A stretch of 63,999 nucleotides of DNA, counting the filler, from Bipalium vagum (lineage: Eukaryota), in NCBI GenBank assembly GCA_037834085.1. It is 3 parts of 3 records of this genome, joined end to end, with 100 filler letters (N's around TTAATTAATTAA, not from the genome) between each part and the next. Parts side by side here need not be neighbours in the genome. Positions count along the whole stretch, not along the records: positions 28,545 to 45,011 come from JBBMKC010110260.1; positions 45,112 to 63,999 come from JBBMKC010016371.1; 1 more part is not named here. The stretch is one strand, 5' to 3'. The translations under genes and the position numbers were made by a program. Positions within the stretch are counted from its first letter, which is position 1. The number at the start of each line of letters is the position of its first letter. Below, piece by piece: positions 41,546 to 54,340 of this stretch. The notes under the pieces were generated by a model. It was given only the letters and a program-made list of their open reading frames with translations. It was not told where the DNA came from and made no database searches.

Positions 41546-44500
41546 TAATTCTTAGTCTTTATTCAATATTAATTGTTACAAAATTCGAAAAAACGCTAAC
41601 CGTTTCTTAAAATTATTTTCTAAATCAAAGACATTAAAACCGATTCGTAGCTTTGTGTCACCGCAAAGTACTTTTGTTTCTCGTATATCAATGGCTGCAA
41701 GTCTTGTTTCTACTTGTTTGGAACAAAATTTGTCTAACGATGATTTTGATTCAAAAATTGTCAAATATATATACGAATTGAGACAGATTAAAGAAAAGAA
41801 CTTATTTCTTGGTAAATCTTCAGGTCAAAGATTTCAGGTCAACCTAAGAAAAGTTACCGATTCTCTCCATCAACTGCTTTTAAGATCATTGTTGATAAAA
41901 CTGTAGCTGATTGCACTCCATCATCCGATGATGTAATTAAATATTACAGTCAAAAATCTATTGTTCCTACTGCTTGTGACTGGTTTAAATTTTTTGACAA
42001 TAATCTTTTTAAACATGGTCCTCAGTTTGATTTTCATCTAATCGATTCTGATGTTTAGAAATCAGTTTTAAAATCATGTAAAAATTCTGCTCCTGGTATA
42101 AGTATATCATACATTCTGATATCAAATATTTTGATCCGTTGTTAAATATTTATGGTGCTCTTTTTAATAGAATTATTGAGAATGTCTCTATTCCATCCAG
42201 ATGGAAATCATTCTCAACATTGCTTATTCTAAAGTCTGTGAAAACCGGACAATATCACGATATAAATTCTTGGCGTCCAATAGCTTCATTTGATTGTTCT
42301 TATAAATTATTTGCTTCGGATTTGACTAAAAAGCTTTCTGGTCGGCTTAATAATAATAATCTTTTACATTCTATCCAAAAGAGTTTGGGTCTTTTCAATG
42401 GGTGCTCTAAGCATAATTTTCTGCTTTGTGATTTAATTGACCGATATCACAGAGAACTGCAAATGCCCTTGCATGTTGTTTTTCTTGATGTTGCTGATGC
42501 TTTTGGCAGAATTCATATCTTTATCATAACCGGTTGTCTTCTGAAAATTGGAGTTGGCTCTCAATCGTGCAGATTGATATCTAGCCCTGTAAAGTAATTG
42601 TCAATCATACTTTATGTGCGGCAATCTTACTACAGATCCTATTAAAATTAATGTGAGTGTTCGACAGGGATGCCCGTTATCTACGTTGTTGTTTAATGTT
42701 TGAATGAACCAAATATTAAACAGTCTCGATCAAGTGTTAAACGGTGGCGTTCTGATTCGTGAACACCAGTTGAGCGCGCTTTCTTATGCAGATGATGTCG
42801 TTCTTTTGGCCACAAGTCGTCCACACACACAAGCTCCCGGATCGCGCAGTTAAAGTGTTATCTTGGCTTCATTTGAGATTTCGGCCTTCAAAGTGTGCTT
42901 TTGTACGTGTTCCACAAGTTCAAAATGCATATCCTTTGAAATTTGCTGATTCGTCAATTTCAACATTGCTGTTAATGAGGCATATCGATATTTGGGTGTT
43001 GACTTTTGTGAAAATCTTCATTCACCACCTTAATCGTTATTTGCTGACATTATGGAACAGCTATAAATTATTTCCGAAAGCATTCTTTACCCATGGCAAA
43101 AGTTGAATGCCTATCACACTTTTAATCATTCGCGAATGATTTTTGCTTTTCGGAATAATTACACAACGTTCAATGAGATGACACAAGGAGTCAATGCCAT
43201 TGAACCAAATATTCGACGTCTCCTGAAAAGTATACTTGGTCTTAGAAGTCATTCTTCCATTAAGTACATGTATACTCCAAAATGTTTTGGTGGTGCTGGC
43301 ATTATATCTGTAGTTGACGAATATCTGGTTCAGTCAATTGCAAATATATTTCAGCTCTTTAACTCACCAGATAAAATTACTAGAGATACGACAATCTCTT
43401 CTTTAATTGGTGCTGTCTCAAATCCTGGTCTTTTTAACCGAGTTACACTCGATCAAGCTTTCGAATGGCTTAATCGTGGCGACATTCAATGTCTTCAGAA
43501 TTGTTGGTGGAGGAAGGCTCAATCTGCAATCAACCAGATGGAGTCCAGACACAAGATCAATTTCAAATTCGAGCTAATAAAAGTGAAGCTAATTTATTCA
43601 AAAGTTGTTTCGAAAAAGTTTCACAATTTAATCAATCATGCTTGGAACAGTCAAGCAAGTGTGGGTCGCTTTGCATCAGCAATTGGCCAATCAAAATTAT
43701 CCACTTCTCCAATTTTCAACGGTGAAATATCAATCGCAGCTTGGTATTTCATTAATCGAGCTAGGTCATATTCAATTTAGATCAATGCTCGTCATGGCTC
43801 AAAATTCCGTGGATTGCCGAAAATGCATTGAGCAAGAAGAGACATTGTCTCATGTTCTTGTTAATTGCATTCCGTCAAAATTTTTTCTAAACTGCCGCCA
43901 TAATTCTATCCAAGACTATCTGCCCAAACAAATTAAAGACAATTCAAAGGCCAAAGTCTTTGTAAACGCTGAAAGTCAATACGTCTATTCCACAAAACGT
44001 GTTACCTTCAGATTGATTTCACGGACCGCAAAGTCCTGTATCTTATTGACATTAAATGTCCGTATGGTACAGTGAAAAACATCTATTGGAACCATGAGAA
44101 GAATCTCATTCACTACCAAGATCTTCTGTGTCAGACCAAAAAAGCCCTGACAGATTGGCCCGTTCTGCTAGATACGTTTGCAGTCGGTTGCCTTGGATCA
44201 TGGCAAAAGCGAAATGAGAAAATTCTGAGAATTCTCCAATTTCCTAAATTTCATATAACCAAAAAAGGATATTCTGCGTGGCGTCTAATATCAAATGGAG
44301 TGCCGCGCAATCGAAATTTCACAGAGATGTTGAAAAACAATCAGTAAATTTCTCTGAGCTCCACGCAATTGAAGATGAAAACCTCACTGACAACCAAAAT
44401 CAATTCCTGTCCGATGCTGCTTCTGAAAATCACGACGACTGCGATGATGACCTGCTCCAAAATGAAGATGAAGCAAAGCCATAATATGCGCACATTTATG

Positions 44501-44556
44501 TGAAAACGATTAGGTTCGTGAAAGAAAAAACTTTTTTTTAAAATAAAATTTTGTAC

Positions 44557-44577
44557 GATCGAATCCCGATATCTCCG
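44557..44577 (+). pseudogene. tRNA-Ala-derived 3' portion (B box/T loop and acceptor strand)
   Basis: G ATCGAAT CCCGA TATCTCC G. TATCTCC pairs with GGGGATG, including a G3:U70 wobble. Confidence 0.7.
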
Positions 44578-45011
44578 ATTAATTTTCAATTAACAATATC
44601 TATTTCAGCCAAAAACACTCCCATAGGACGCTGATGATATGTAACAAACCTGTTGCCAAACAAACACAGGCATACTAATACATACACTTGCGGGATATGC
44701 ATTCTTTTCAGACTGAAAAGTCAATGAGAAATAGAATGGATCTTGATCACCATTATAATGTTATGAATCGGCGTATATCGAACGAGATGCGCCTTATCAC
44801 CCAGTGCAGTTCATTGTTCGAAAAAAGAGATATTTGTAATTTTCAATTTTTGAAAAACAGGAATTCAGTTTTGAATGATATTTAAGAATGCATTATGGTT
44901 GACAAATTTTCCGTAATTTTAAAATAAAATTATTGTTCTTAAAGTTGTTTTAATATTTCTACAATAAATATTATTATCAAGAATAAATAATATAATGAAT
45001 TGGGGTAATAT

Positions 45012-45111
45012 NNNNNNNNNNNNNNNNNNNNNNNNNNNNNNNNNNNNNNNNNNNNTTAATTAATTAANNNNNNNNNNNNNNNNNNNNNNNNNNNNNNNNN
45101 NNNNNNNNNNN
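45012..45111. other. Assembly gap with synthetic linker (N44-TTAATTAATTAA-N44)
   Basis: Exactly 100 nt. Confidence 0.95.
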
Positions 45112-48100
45112 TAATTAATTTTAAGAAATAAAAAGGTTTTTTATTTAATTCAAATCTTGCGTGATTTTTGAGACACCCTTTATTATATTATTATTGTATT
45201 ATATTATTAATTTATTCATATTTAATTTATTTAGAATCTTTTATAAACCAGAAATATTTACTTTTTTAATTCTTCGCGGAAATTAGGAAAATATTTTGAG
45301 AAAAGAACAGTAAACGAAATACACTAATGATTTCCTTTCAATTTCAACACTTTAAAGAAAAACCTAATGACTTGAATAATATTGCCTGATATTAACAACC
45401 TAGATGAATAAATTGAAATTAAAAAATATTTATAGATAGATAGAGAGGAAACCAAAAAAATCTCTTGCGAAACTAATATGGAATATTCAAATATTAAAAC
45501 AAAAATAATTAATTTTAAAATTAAATTGAAATTTGTTGGATGAATAAGTCTATTTACCGAAGTATTTTAATTAGAATAAGTATTATTATTAATATTAATC
45601 TCATTAACTAATTCGTACTATGTGACTCATTCACTTTGTCACGGTTAGGTTGACAATAACCCTATTGGAAAATAACTTAAGCGTTAAAGCAATACATTTT
45701 ATTGTTCATCCAAACCAATAACGACAAAATTATTCAATAAACATCAATACGGTTCTCAATTGCTTTTTAGTCGATAAGAAATAGTATTTAGTTATTCGGA
45801 AAGTCACTTTGCTTTTTTATACATATCTTTAAATCTTAATTTAAGGCACTTAAATCATCTTAAAGTTTGAGATATTCAAAATGCAAGACGTTCTTCGTAG
45901 CAAAAGGAAAATAAATAATTGATTAAAATATTTATTACTAATGAAACTTTTGGTCTTACTTTTTACTAAAAAATACGTAATAACTTTCCGAACATCCCAA
46001 TAACTCCGTCCATGTCGTATCACCGCAAATAGATATATTATGATAAATATAATTATATTATATAAGTTAATTTATAATATAATGTCAATCAGCTTCAGCC
46101 ATCACTCTCTGTGTTAATCTATCTCCAACAAAATCCAAAGTAATACAAATAACACAAATTACCAATCAATAATCAAATCTTTTGGTGTACCCACGGCACT
46201 GATAGATTTCAAGTTATATATTCCCACAAAATGGGGTGGGAAGCAGCAATATTAGTTACAACAATTATTTCGGTAATAATAACAATGGAAATGATGATAA
46301 TAATAACATTTCAATAAATTATTAATTCATTCTATAATTAATATTAATTTAGGTAACCTAAATTAATAAATAGATTTAAAATAGTATAACCACAGGGTGA
46401 GCAAAGTATGGGACGAAGTTATCTGATAAAATAACATTTAAATAAACAAAATAGAAAACCAGCCCAATTCTGGATGCTAAGAAACATATATTCACTAGTC
46501 GACATATGTTCGCGGTCAACTACTGAGTCGGTCGGCTGTCCGTTGAAGATAAGTGGCTATAAAAATATGGCCCAGCATTAATTTGCCTGATGGAAAATAT
46601 TAGTGAATTTTACGCTAAATTTTTGCGCAAAAGGGAATAATTATTTTAGAATTCGGTTTCTAAGTATTCTGTTACTCAATTTAAAAAATATAAAATGAAG
46701 GATTCTTTATTAATAAGACTATTGCGTTTTTTTTAACGGAACACCAAAACTATTAGATGGAAAGAAACAATTCTGGAAGATTAACGATTGTGATAGTTGA
46801 AGGTTTTTGTTGAAGGACTACATTTTCTGATGGGTACCACATTATTCATTTCGATATTCATCAGCAAAATTGTATCTCGGTTCACAGGCGATCGGCCATC
46901 TGCGAGCGAATCATTGGACTCAACTGACGTTCTTGGGACTTTATTTTACTTATATCGGTGAACAGTTTGTTGATTGATTGTAACGTTTTCTAGACTATTT
47001 TTCTTTCATTTATTAATATTATATTTTTTTTGTATAATTTAAGATTGCCTTCAGAATTTTCATGGTTTTGAAATACATCTGTGTTAGCTAACGTGTGTGG
47101 AATTATTTTTTTTCTTTTTATTTTTTAGTATGTACCTAAATTAATTTTGGGTCTCAGTATTTTTCGGGAGATTCAGTCTGGGTATATTGTTAATTATAAT
47201 ATTATTCTGATCATCATTGGATCTCACAGATAAGCATTGTCACTATACAAACACTAACTATATTGATTACGATTTCAATTATTGTGGATTTTTTTCTTTG
47301 TCATTACCATGAAGTCGTCTAATCAGTAATTTAGCTGATAATTAATATAAATAATAAATATTGGTGACTTGTGTTGCTGGTTTATTTAAGTGCATGAACT
47401 AAACCATTATTGAAGGGGTCAGTCGGTGGCTTCATTAAATTTTTATTATTGACAAAATATATGTAATAATACTGTAGGTATTATAATTAACGACAATAAC
47501 AGAAATTAAAAATTAAAATTAAGATGAAGAAAACAAAAAAAGAACTGTCTCCCTGATTATGATATTGGTGCTTTCCCTGGTCAACAACGAATTCTTTAAT
47601 TGTCCGTTCCCTATTATCCGTGCTGCACGGAACTCTGACAAGTTGTGATCCAAATAGAGAGCATGTCGAAAAATGAATATTAGCAAGTTTCTTCAAAAAA
47701 GATTCCAATGGATAGGTGTTTTATACGTTTCTCTGTCCACAATATTTTACTAAATTCATTTCAATATAAATAAAATATCAATTCTTTTTTTCTGAGCTCC
47801 TGGACACTGTTTCAAAACCTAGGTAGGCCAATTAAAGTTCGTCTCATATAAGAATTCATTCGTTGTTAAAGTTAGTTGATTTTAATAATAACCAAACATT
47901 TTTACAATTTTAACGATGTATTCTTGGTAATTATGAAGGCAAATGTAATAAAGAAATTTTAGAAGATTATTTATCGTTATCAGTTGTTTCATAATTGGTT
48001 GGCAATTCCTTACTCATTCGTACCCTTCGGTAGAAATCCTGTCTAATTACACTTTCAGATTCCATTAAAGTATTTAGAACAAGTGACATTATGCTTGGTA

Positions 48101-50132
48101 AAAGTTTTCATTTAAGAATCATTGAGGTTTATAACCCAGAGTCACTATTGATTGAGCTTTTTGAATAATCATTTGATTAATTCGTATCACATTTTCACTT
48201 ATCCAAGGCTTTTTAAGAAAACTTGGAAACAAAAAAACAAACAGATAACTAAAAGAATCCAGATAAAATATCTGTCTAATAAAACAAAAAAATGAAATTA
48301 GTTGAACTACCAAACATCAGCTGTCAAACATAAACTTTTAAAAATCGAATAATATACACTTTATGACCTCTATAATACACTCTTCTCATACGTGTAATAA
48401 GTTCTATAAATCAAACAGACCTTTTGAACAGCATTTTTCATTTTAATAGCGTTGCTTTATATAATAAATTATAAAATTCTGTGCTTATAAAGAGAATAAA
48501 TAATTTTCATTAATAATTAAGAATATATTATGATACTTATAATTTTCAGAATAGTCTATTCTCTTACTTTTAATAAATATCCTTTTCTATAGTATCAATT
48601 ATATTGAAATAATTGATAAATAAATAATAAAATTGAAAAACATTAAACTCGTTTTCGAAATATGACTGTGAACATAGCTGTGATAACTAATATCTAAAAA
48701 AATAATTTTTTTAAATGATTGTTTTAATTAAGTGATTATTTTATTATCGAATTGATGCAATTTTTAATAGGATAACGCAGAAAAAAATTTATTGATAAAA
48801 TACTCTCTAATTCATTATTTAATAATCAATTTTATCAATAATTTCCTTATATATCTATTTAATGAATATATTATTCCAAATTTATGAAGCTCCTGTTTTT
48901 TTTTCAATAAGGCAATCAAGCTACCATTTAATAAACTCATCGCCACTTAAAGTTTACTCTTCAGCTATCGAAATTAATGATAATTTATGGGACCCGAACC
49001 CAGTTGGTATGAGGGATGAGGCAAAACATTGTGACCAATACTCAATAATTTATTTTCGATGACCAAATTGAATTGTCATGTTGGTAAATAATGGCCGAGC
49101 GCTTTAGCAGTTCTTTTCCCTATTAGATTTGGTCAATTGTGATCAGTACAAATTTATAATCAGTTATATTTGATGGATTCACTTATTGAAATATTTTATA
49201 ATTTCTTAAATTAAAATATGCTTTAGAGAACAAATTGAGATTTCACACCCTCTGTCACCATATGTTGACTGGAAAAGTAAATTCATGCATAAATGTGGCA
49301 ATTTATGGTCGAGACCAAGAACCTTTCCAAAAGCTCTCTTGCACGCAATGAGCTTAATAATCATGATCTACCATTGTGGTATAATGGATCAAAATAAATA
49401 AGATCAAACATTTTCTTTATGTAATCTAAATTAGTAACTGTTGAAATGTACTCATTGTAAAATATTTATTAATTAATAAAAATGACTATTATTTTAAGAA
49501 TGCATTACTGTAGAAAATTTACGTTAGTAAAATAATACGAAAAGCACTGATAATGATCAATATTATTAGTTTTCAATTAGTAACAGTATAATATTCAAAG
49601 ATGGAAATCAGCTTTTTATATATCCCTATGTTCTTTCTTGTACGAGATCAACCAATAATGTCTTCTGCTAATGTTACTATGGTTTCAATTTTCATTTTTT
49701 AAGACTTCAAAAAATTAATTAAAATCTTCCTTTTCATTTTATCAGTTATATCAATTACATTATTTTCTGATCGTGATTTACTTTGATCTCTCAATATTAA
49801 TAATAGAATAACTAAGATATGTCTGCAATTTGAGAATTTTTAGTAATCGTAACCGATACTGTCTGTTTCCCAACAAATATGATCAGAATTGTATTAAAGG
49901 AGTTTCATTTTTAATTAAAGTACTTTATGAAATTCTGATTGGTTAAAATTAGTTTTTAAATAATATTTTTAATTAGTCATAGAATATACTGTCAACCCAT
50001 TGGGGCTTACCTACCCCTGTTTAATTGTTAATCTCTGGATGTCGATCTTTTATTAATAATGATCTTTCACTCATTAAATGTTATAATCATTCCAAATTAA
50101 GTTAACTTTTTAGTGAAACTATTTTTTATATA

Positions 50133-52360
50133 CGAGAGAGGAGTGAAAATTTATCGGTTTAACAAAGAAAAAAACTTTTTTGGACACTAATTATATTTAT
50201 TTTTCAACACAGTCTCCTTAAAATATAATGCGTGTATTCTAATGATATTCAAGTCTTTTAATCCAATTAATGAAGAATGATTATTAAGACCTTCAAAATA
50301 TACATTAGCTTCCCTGGAATTTACTGATTTGAGCTGAATCTTTTTCCATAAATACATTTTTTCAAGTTTGAAGACAAGAAGAAATCGCTTTGCATTAAAT
50401 CTGGTGAGTGTGGTGAATAATGCAGTTCATGCAGTTTTCCACGTTCAACAGTTGAAGAATAAACTTTTGCATTGTTGTTTATCCTTAATTTCATCTTCCA
50501 ATTTACTCAATAATGATGTATGGGTAGTCTAGAAAGTTTCCGCCGATTTTGTTAATAGACGGTGAAAATGTTCTTTATGCAGTTTGATTGAAATTGATTT
50601 TGTTTTAATATATCATTTTATAATTTAATATAATCCTAGAATTCAAATAACTTTAAAAAGTAGGCATTTTGATTAATTAATAAAATTTTATAAATCTTTA
50701 GAAATGGATATAAATAAAGAAGAAACGCGATACATAATGAAATTTTATTTCTTGAAAGGTAAAAATCCTACATAGGTAACTAAAAAGGTTAATACTGTTT
50801 ATGGAGCGGATATTGTTTCGGATTAGACAGTTCGTGAATGCTTAGTTAAATTTCGTTCCAAAAATTTTGATGTCAAAGACGCACCTCGTTCTGGTCAACC
50901 AATCTGTGAAAATGTCGATAAAATAATTAGGAAGGTTGAAGAAGACAGGAATATAAGCAGCCATGAAATAGCTCAGGAATTAGGGATGATCATCAAACAG
51001 TTTTAAATCATTTGGAGAAATGTGGATATACAAAGAAACTGGATGTATGGATACCGCATAATTTGACTGAAAAGAATTTGAAAGACTGAATTTCTATATG
51101 CCAAATATTGTTGACAAAAAAATGATCGATCCATTTTGAAAGGTCTTATTACATGTGACGAAAAGTGGATCAAGTACGATAATAACATACGAAAAAGGTC
51201 TTGGACAAAATGTGGTATGACTTCACAAACTGTGGCCAAACCAAAAATGACTTCAAGGAAGTTAATTATTTGTGTCTGGTGGGATTACAAGGGAATAGTC
51301 CATTATAAATTACTCCAACAAGACAAAAAAATAAACTCAGTTATCTACTGTCAACATTTGACAAGAGTACATCAAGAAATTGCACGAAAGCATCCAAATT
51401 AATCAATAGGAAAGGCGTTGTGTTTCACCATGACAACGTCAGACCATATGTATCTTTCATGACGTAGCGAAAATTGAGGGATCTTGATTAGGAAATTTTG
51501 TTGCATCCTCCATATAGTCATAATATAGCACCGTCAGACTATCATTTTTTTCGCTCATCGTTGAACTCCCTTAATGATGTAAAGTTAAATTTAAAAGAGG
51601 ATTGCGAAAAACACTTATCTCACTTTTTTGCCAATAAATCAAAAAAGTTTTACAGTGACGGAATTTTTGCTTTACCAAAAAAAATGGCAAGACACTGTAG
51701 ATGAAAATAGTAATTATGTAATTTAATAAAATTTTCAATTCGACTTTATTTTTCTAACCTTTTTATTTTACCAAAACCGGTGGAAACTTTTTAGACTACC
51801 CAATATAATATATTCATGTGATAGTTTTCCCTTTCTCTAGATAATCAATCAATATCATGTCTTTTGCATACCATAAAACTGTTGCTATTACTTTTCCTGC
51901 TGATGGAAAAACTTTTTCTTTTTTTGGTACATTAGAACCTGCTTTTACCCATTGTTTTGACTGATATTTTGTTTAAGGGTTATAATTAAGTTCTCATGTT
52001 TAATCAACAGTAGAAATTCAATTTAATTATTATACTTTAAAACAGGTGCAAGCATTGCTTTGACATATACATTCTTTGACGCTTTTGTTTAGTGTCAGAA
52101 AATCTTTTTAAAAATAAATAATCATGTAGAATCTGTCGCACACGTTCATATGAAATCTTTGCAATATCAGAGGTTCATGAGCCTTTATAAGACTATCATC
52201 AAAAACTACATTGTGAATTTTTTCAATATCTTTATAAGTTGTACATTGTCTTCAGGAACGTTTATAATTTGAATTTGGTGCGACAATGCTTAAATTCAAC
52301 CGTTCATTTTTTGATTGATGAAAATGATGACACGTTTATTCTTGCACCCCATTTCAAACT
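50133..52360 (-). mobile_element. Decayed mariner (host of the 50521-51803 insertion)
   Basis: Minus strand PSAGKVIATVLWYAKD and HSPHSPDLMQSDFF lie on either side of the insert; TA-CGAG terminus at 50131. The right boundary is approximate. Confidence 0.65.
50521..51803 (+). mobile_element. Full-length decayed mariner (DD34D)
   Basis: TIRs TGGGTAGTCTAGAAAGTTTCCGCCG / CGGTGGAAACTTTTTAGACTACCCAA. ATG at 50704; motifs WIPH, ITCDEKW, HHDNVRP, HPPYSHNIAPSDYHFF. Confidence 0.92.
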
Positions 52361-54340
52361 ACATTAATTAAACAAATAATAATTAGAGGAATATTATTTT
52401 TTATGTTGGATAGGTACGTACATTAAGAGAATAAAATGTTTATAAATAATATAATAGCAATTGAATCAGATTTGGAGAAGATTTTACTCAAGAAAAAAAC
52501 CAAGCAGCGAAAAATAACTGAGTTTATTTTTAAAAAATAAATGTGTTGATTAGTAAAGTTTTTTTAATATTTTTAAAAAAATTATCCTTGTAAAAATATC
52601 TTTTAAAGAGAAATATCGGTTATAGAGAACATTTTTTTAAGTCCCAAAAATATCCTCTTTAAGCGGTATCTGTTGTATATGCATTTTCATTTATTATAAT
52701 ATTTATATAAAATGTCAATGATTAGCAGGATAATAGGAAAAAAGAAAGTTTTAGCTGAAGTTTACAAGGTAATGAGTAAATCGTTCAGATGAATAGAAAA
52801 TAAACTATTAGGTATGACAGTTTCATCAGAATTTGTAAGGAAAAGAATATTTATAATTTTTAGGATAAAAAAAGTGTTATGGTTGTATCATTGGTCTAAA
52901 ATATATAGTAGTAAACCTCTACTTTGTTAATAAAGAAAATGAAAAAAAGATAAAACCTCCAATAATTTTTATTCTATTCCAAGAAATTTATTTATAATAT
53001 CTTACTTATGTGATATTGGAAACAAGGGATAACTTTCTTATCTTTCAAGCCATGTTGATTTTGACGAGATTTAAGAAATTATTTTGAAATCGGAAGCAGT
53101 CAATGATATAATGTCATTTTTCCTCTGCGTTTCAATTATGGAAATAACTGTTAGGTCGGCAATGATAATGGCTTGACAAATCAAATTTCCAAACAGGAAA
53201 TTTAGAGAACACTCAAAGATAAATTTTTAATTTAACTTTAAAATAACGAAATAAGTTTAATTTTCATATTAAAAGTCTAAGGGAACATTTTTTATTTGAT
53301 ATTTAATTTAATTAAAAATGTTTATCAAATAATAAGTAACTCGGAAGGACATATGGAACTTTTAGTAATTTAAGTCTAAAATTAAACAGTATTAAGCTTT
53401 TTACAGTGTTTCGCGATCTAATAGTCAGTGTTTCCTTTGATAAAGTCGTTTCTCATTTGATAATAAAGAAATTGTGTCATACAAAAAATGACGACAAGCA
53501 AGCACAAAAATTAACACTTAGAAACATGATCTTCATTTTCAAATGGGTTTGTGATTATCGTAGTCCATTACGGATTTCTTTCCGACAGTCAAGCATTAAA
53601 TAAAGAATATTTGCGAATCATGCACTGTTTCATAAAAACAGTTAGTAAAAACAAATTGATTTATGAGTAAATTCATAGGTTTATAAACACGATAATGCGC
53701 CATCTTATGCTGTTTTCATTATTTATGTTTTTTTGGCCTCACCATGAAATCAAAATCATTCCTCAAGCAATACATTATCCTCCACGTGATTTCCTCTTCT
53801 TCCATCGACTATAGTACTTCATGACCATGGTTTTGAGTCAGTAGAACAGATTTCAGAATTGTTACGATCCCTAAAAGTTTTATAGAATTATAATAAAAAT
53901 GTGGTTCGAGTTTTGGAATACAAGTATAAAAGTGTTGCAGTAACTGAATACCAGTTCGAAGAAGACATCATAAATTTTGGTAATTAAATAAATATATTAT
54001 GTTATTTGAAATTTTTTTAAACTACTTGATCACAGTAGTAAATAGTATACTCTGATTTCTGATAGATTGTTTTTAATCTGTCAAGCAGCAACATAAACCA
54101 AATTTCATAAAACTTTTTATTTTATATAAATATTGATATATTCGCTGTTACATCACTTTTATTATTAAATAGTTAAACATTTAGAGAATATTCCATACAC
54201 TGAAATGAATGGTCACCTCGTGAAGAATGTAGAATAAGAATTTCAATATTTAGATGGAAAAAAAGTTGCAAATAGCCCTGTGAACAATTGTAATGGAAAA
54301 TAACTTGTGTTTTATAAAAAATCGTAAATTTAATTAATTA

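Larger units (their letters stand above)
38671..44550 (+). mobile_element. Decayed RLE-type non-LTR retrotransposon (NeSL/R5-like) with Ulp1-like protease domains
   Basis: Motifs across frameshifts: KSCKNSAPG (~42070), WRPIASFDCSYKLF, VFLDVADAFG, VRQGCPLS (42665), YADD (42785-96), YRYLGV, GGAGI, CRKC...ETLSHVLVNC (43815-68), RHN, IDIKCPY (44048), GCLGSW. Stop at 44484; AATAAA at the 3' end. Confidence 0.92.
38453..44595 (+). mobile_element. TRIM-like LTR element: deleted 5' LTR (38453-38484), PBS, PPT and a tRNA-containing 3' LTR (38594-38670 + 44557-44595) split by a LINE
   Basis: Both LTRs start TGTGAGATA.ATTGA and end GATTAATTTTCAAYTAACA. PBS TGGCGACCAC follows the 5' LTR directly; purine-rich AAGGGTATGGA precedes the 3' LTR; internal region is 109 nt. 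No clear TSD found. Confidence 0.7.

Noticed and set aside
44485-44520. TATGCGCA...GGTTCG as the LINE's 3' junction or tRNA continuation
   Set aside because: Only an 8-nt match to 38648; spacing and acceptor pairing fit much better at 44551-44577.
44625-44720. Hammerhead ribozyme (CTGATGA)
   Set aside because: No correctly placed stem II/GAAA core.
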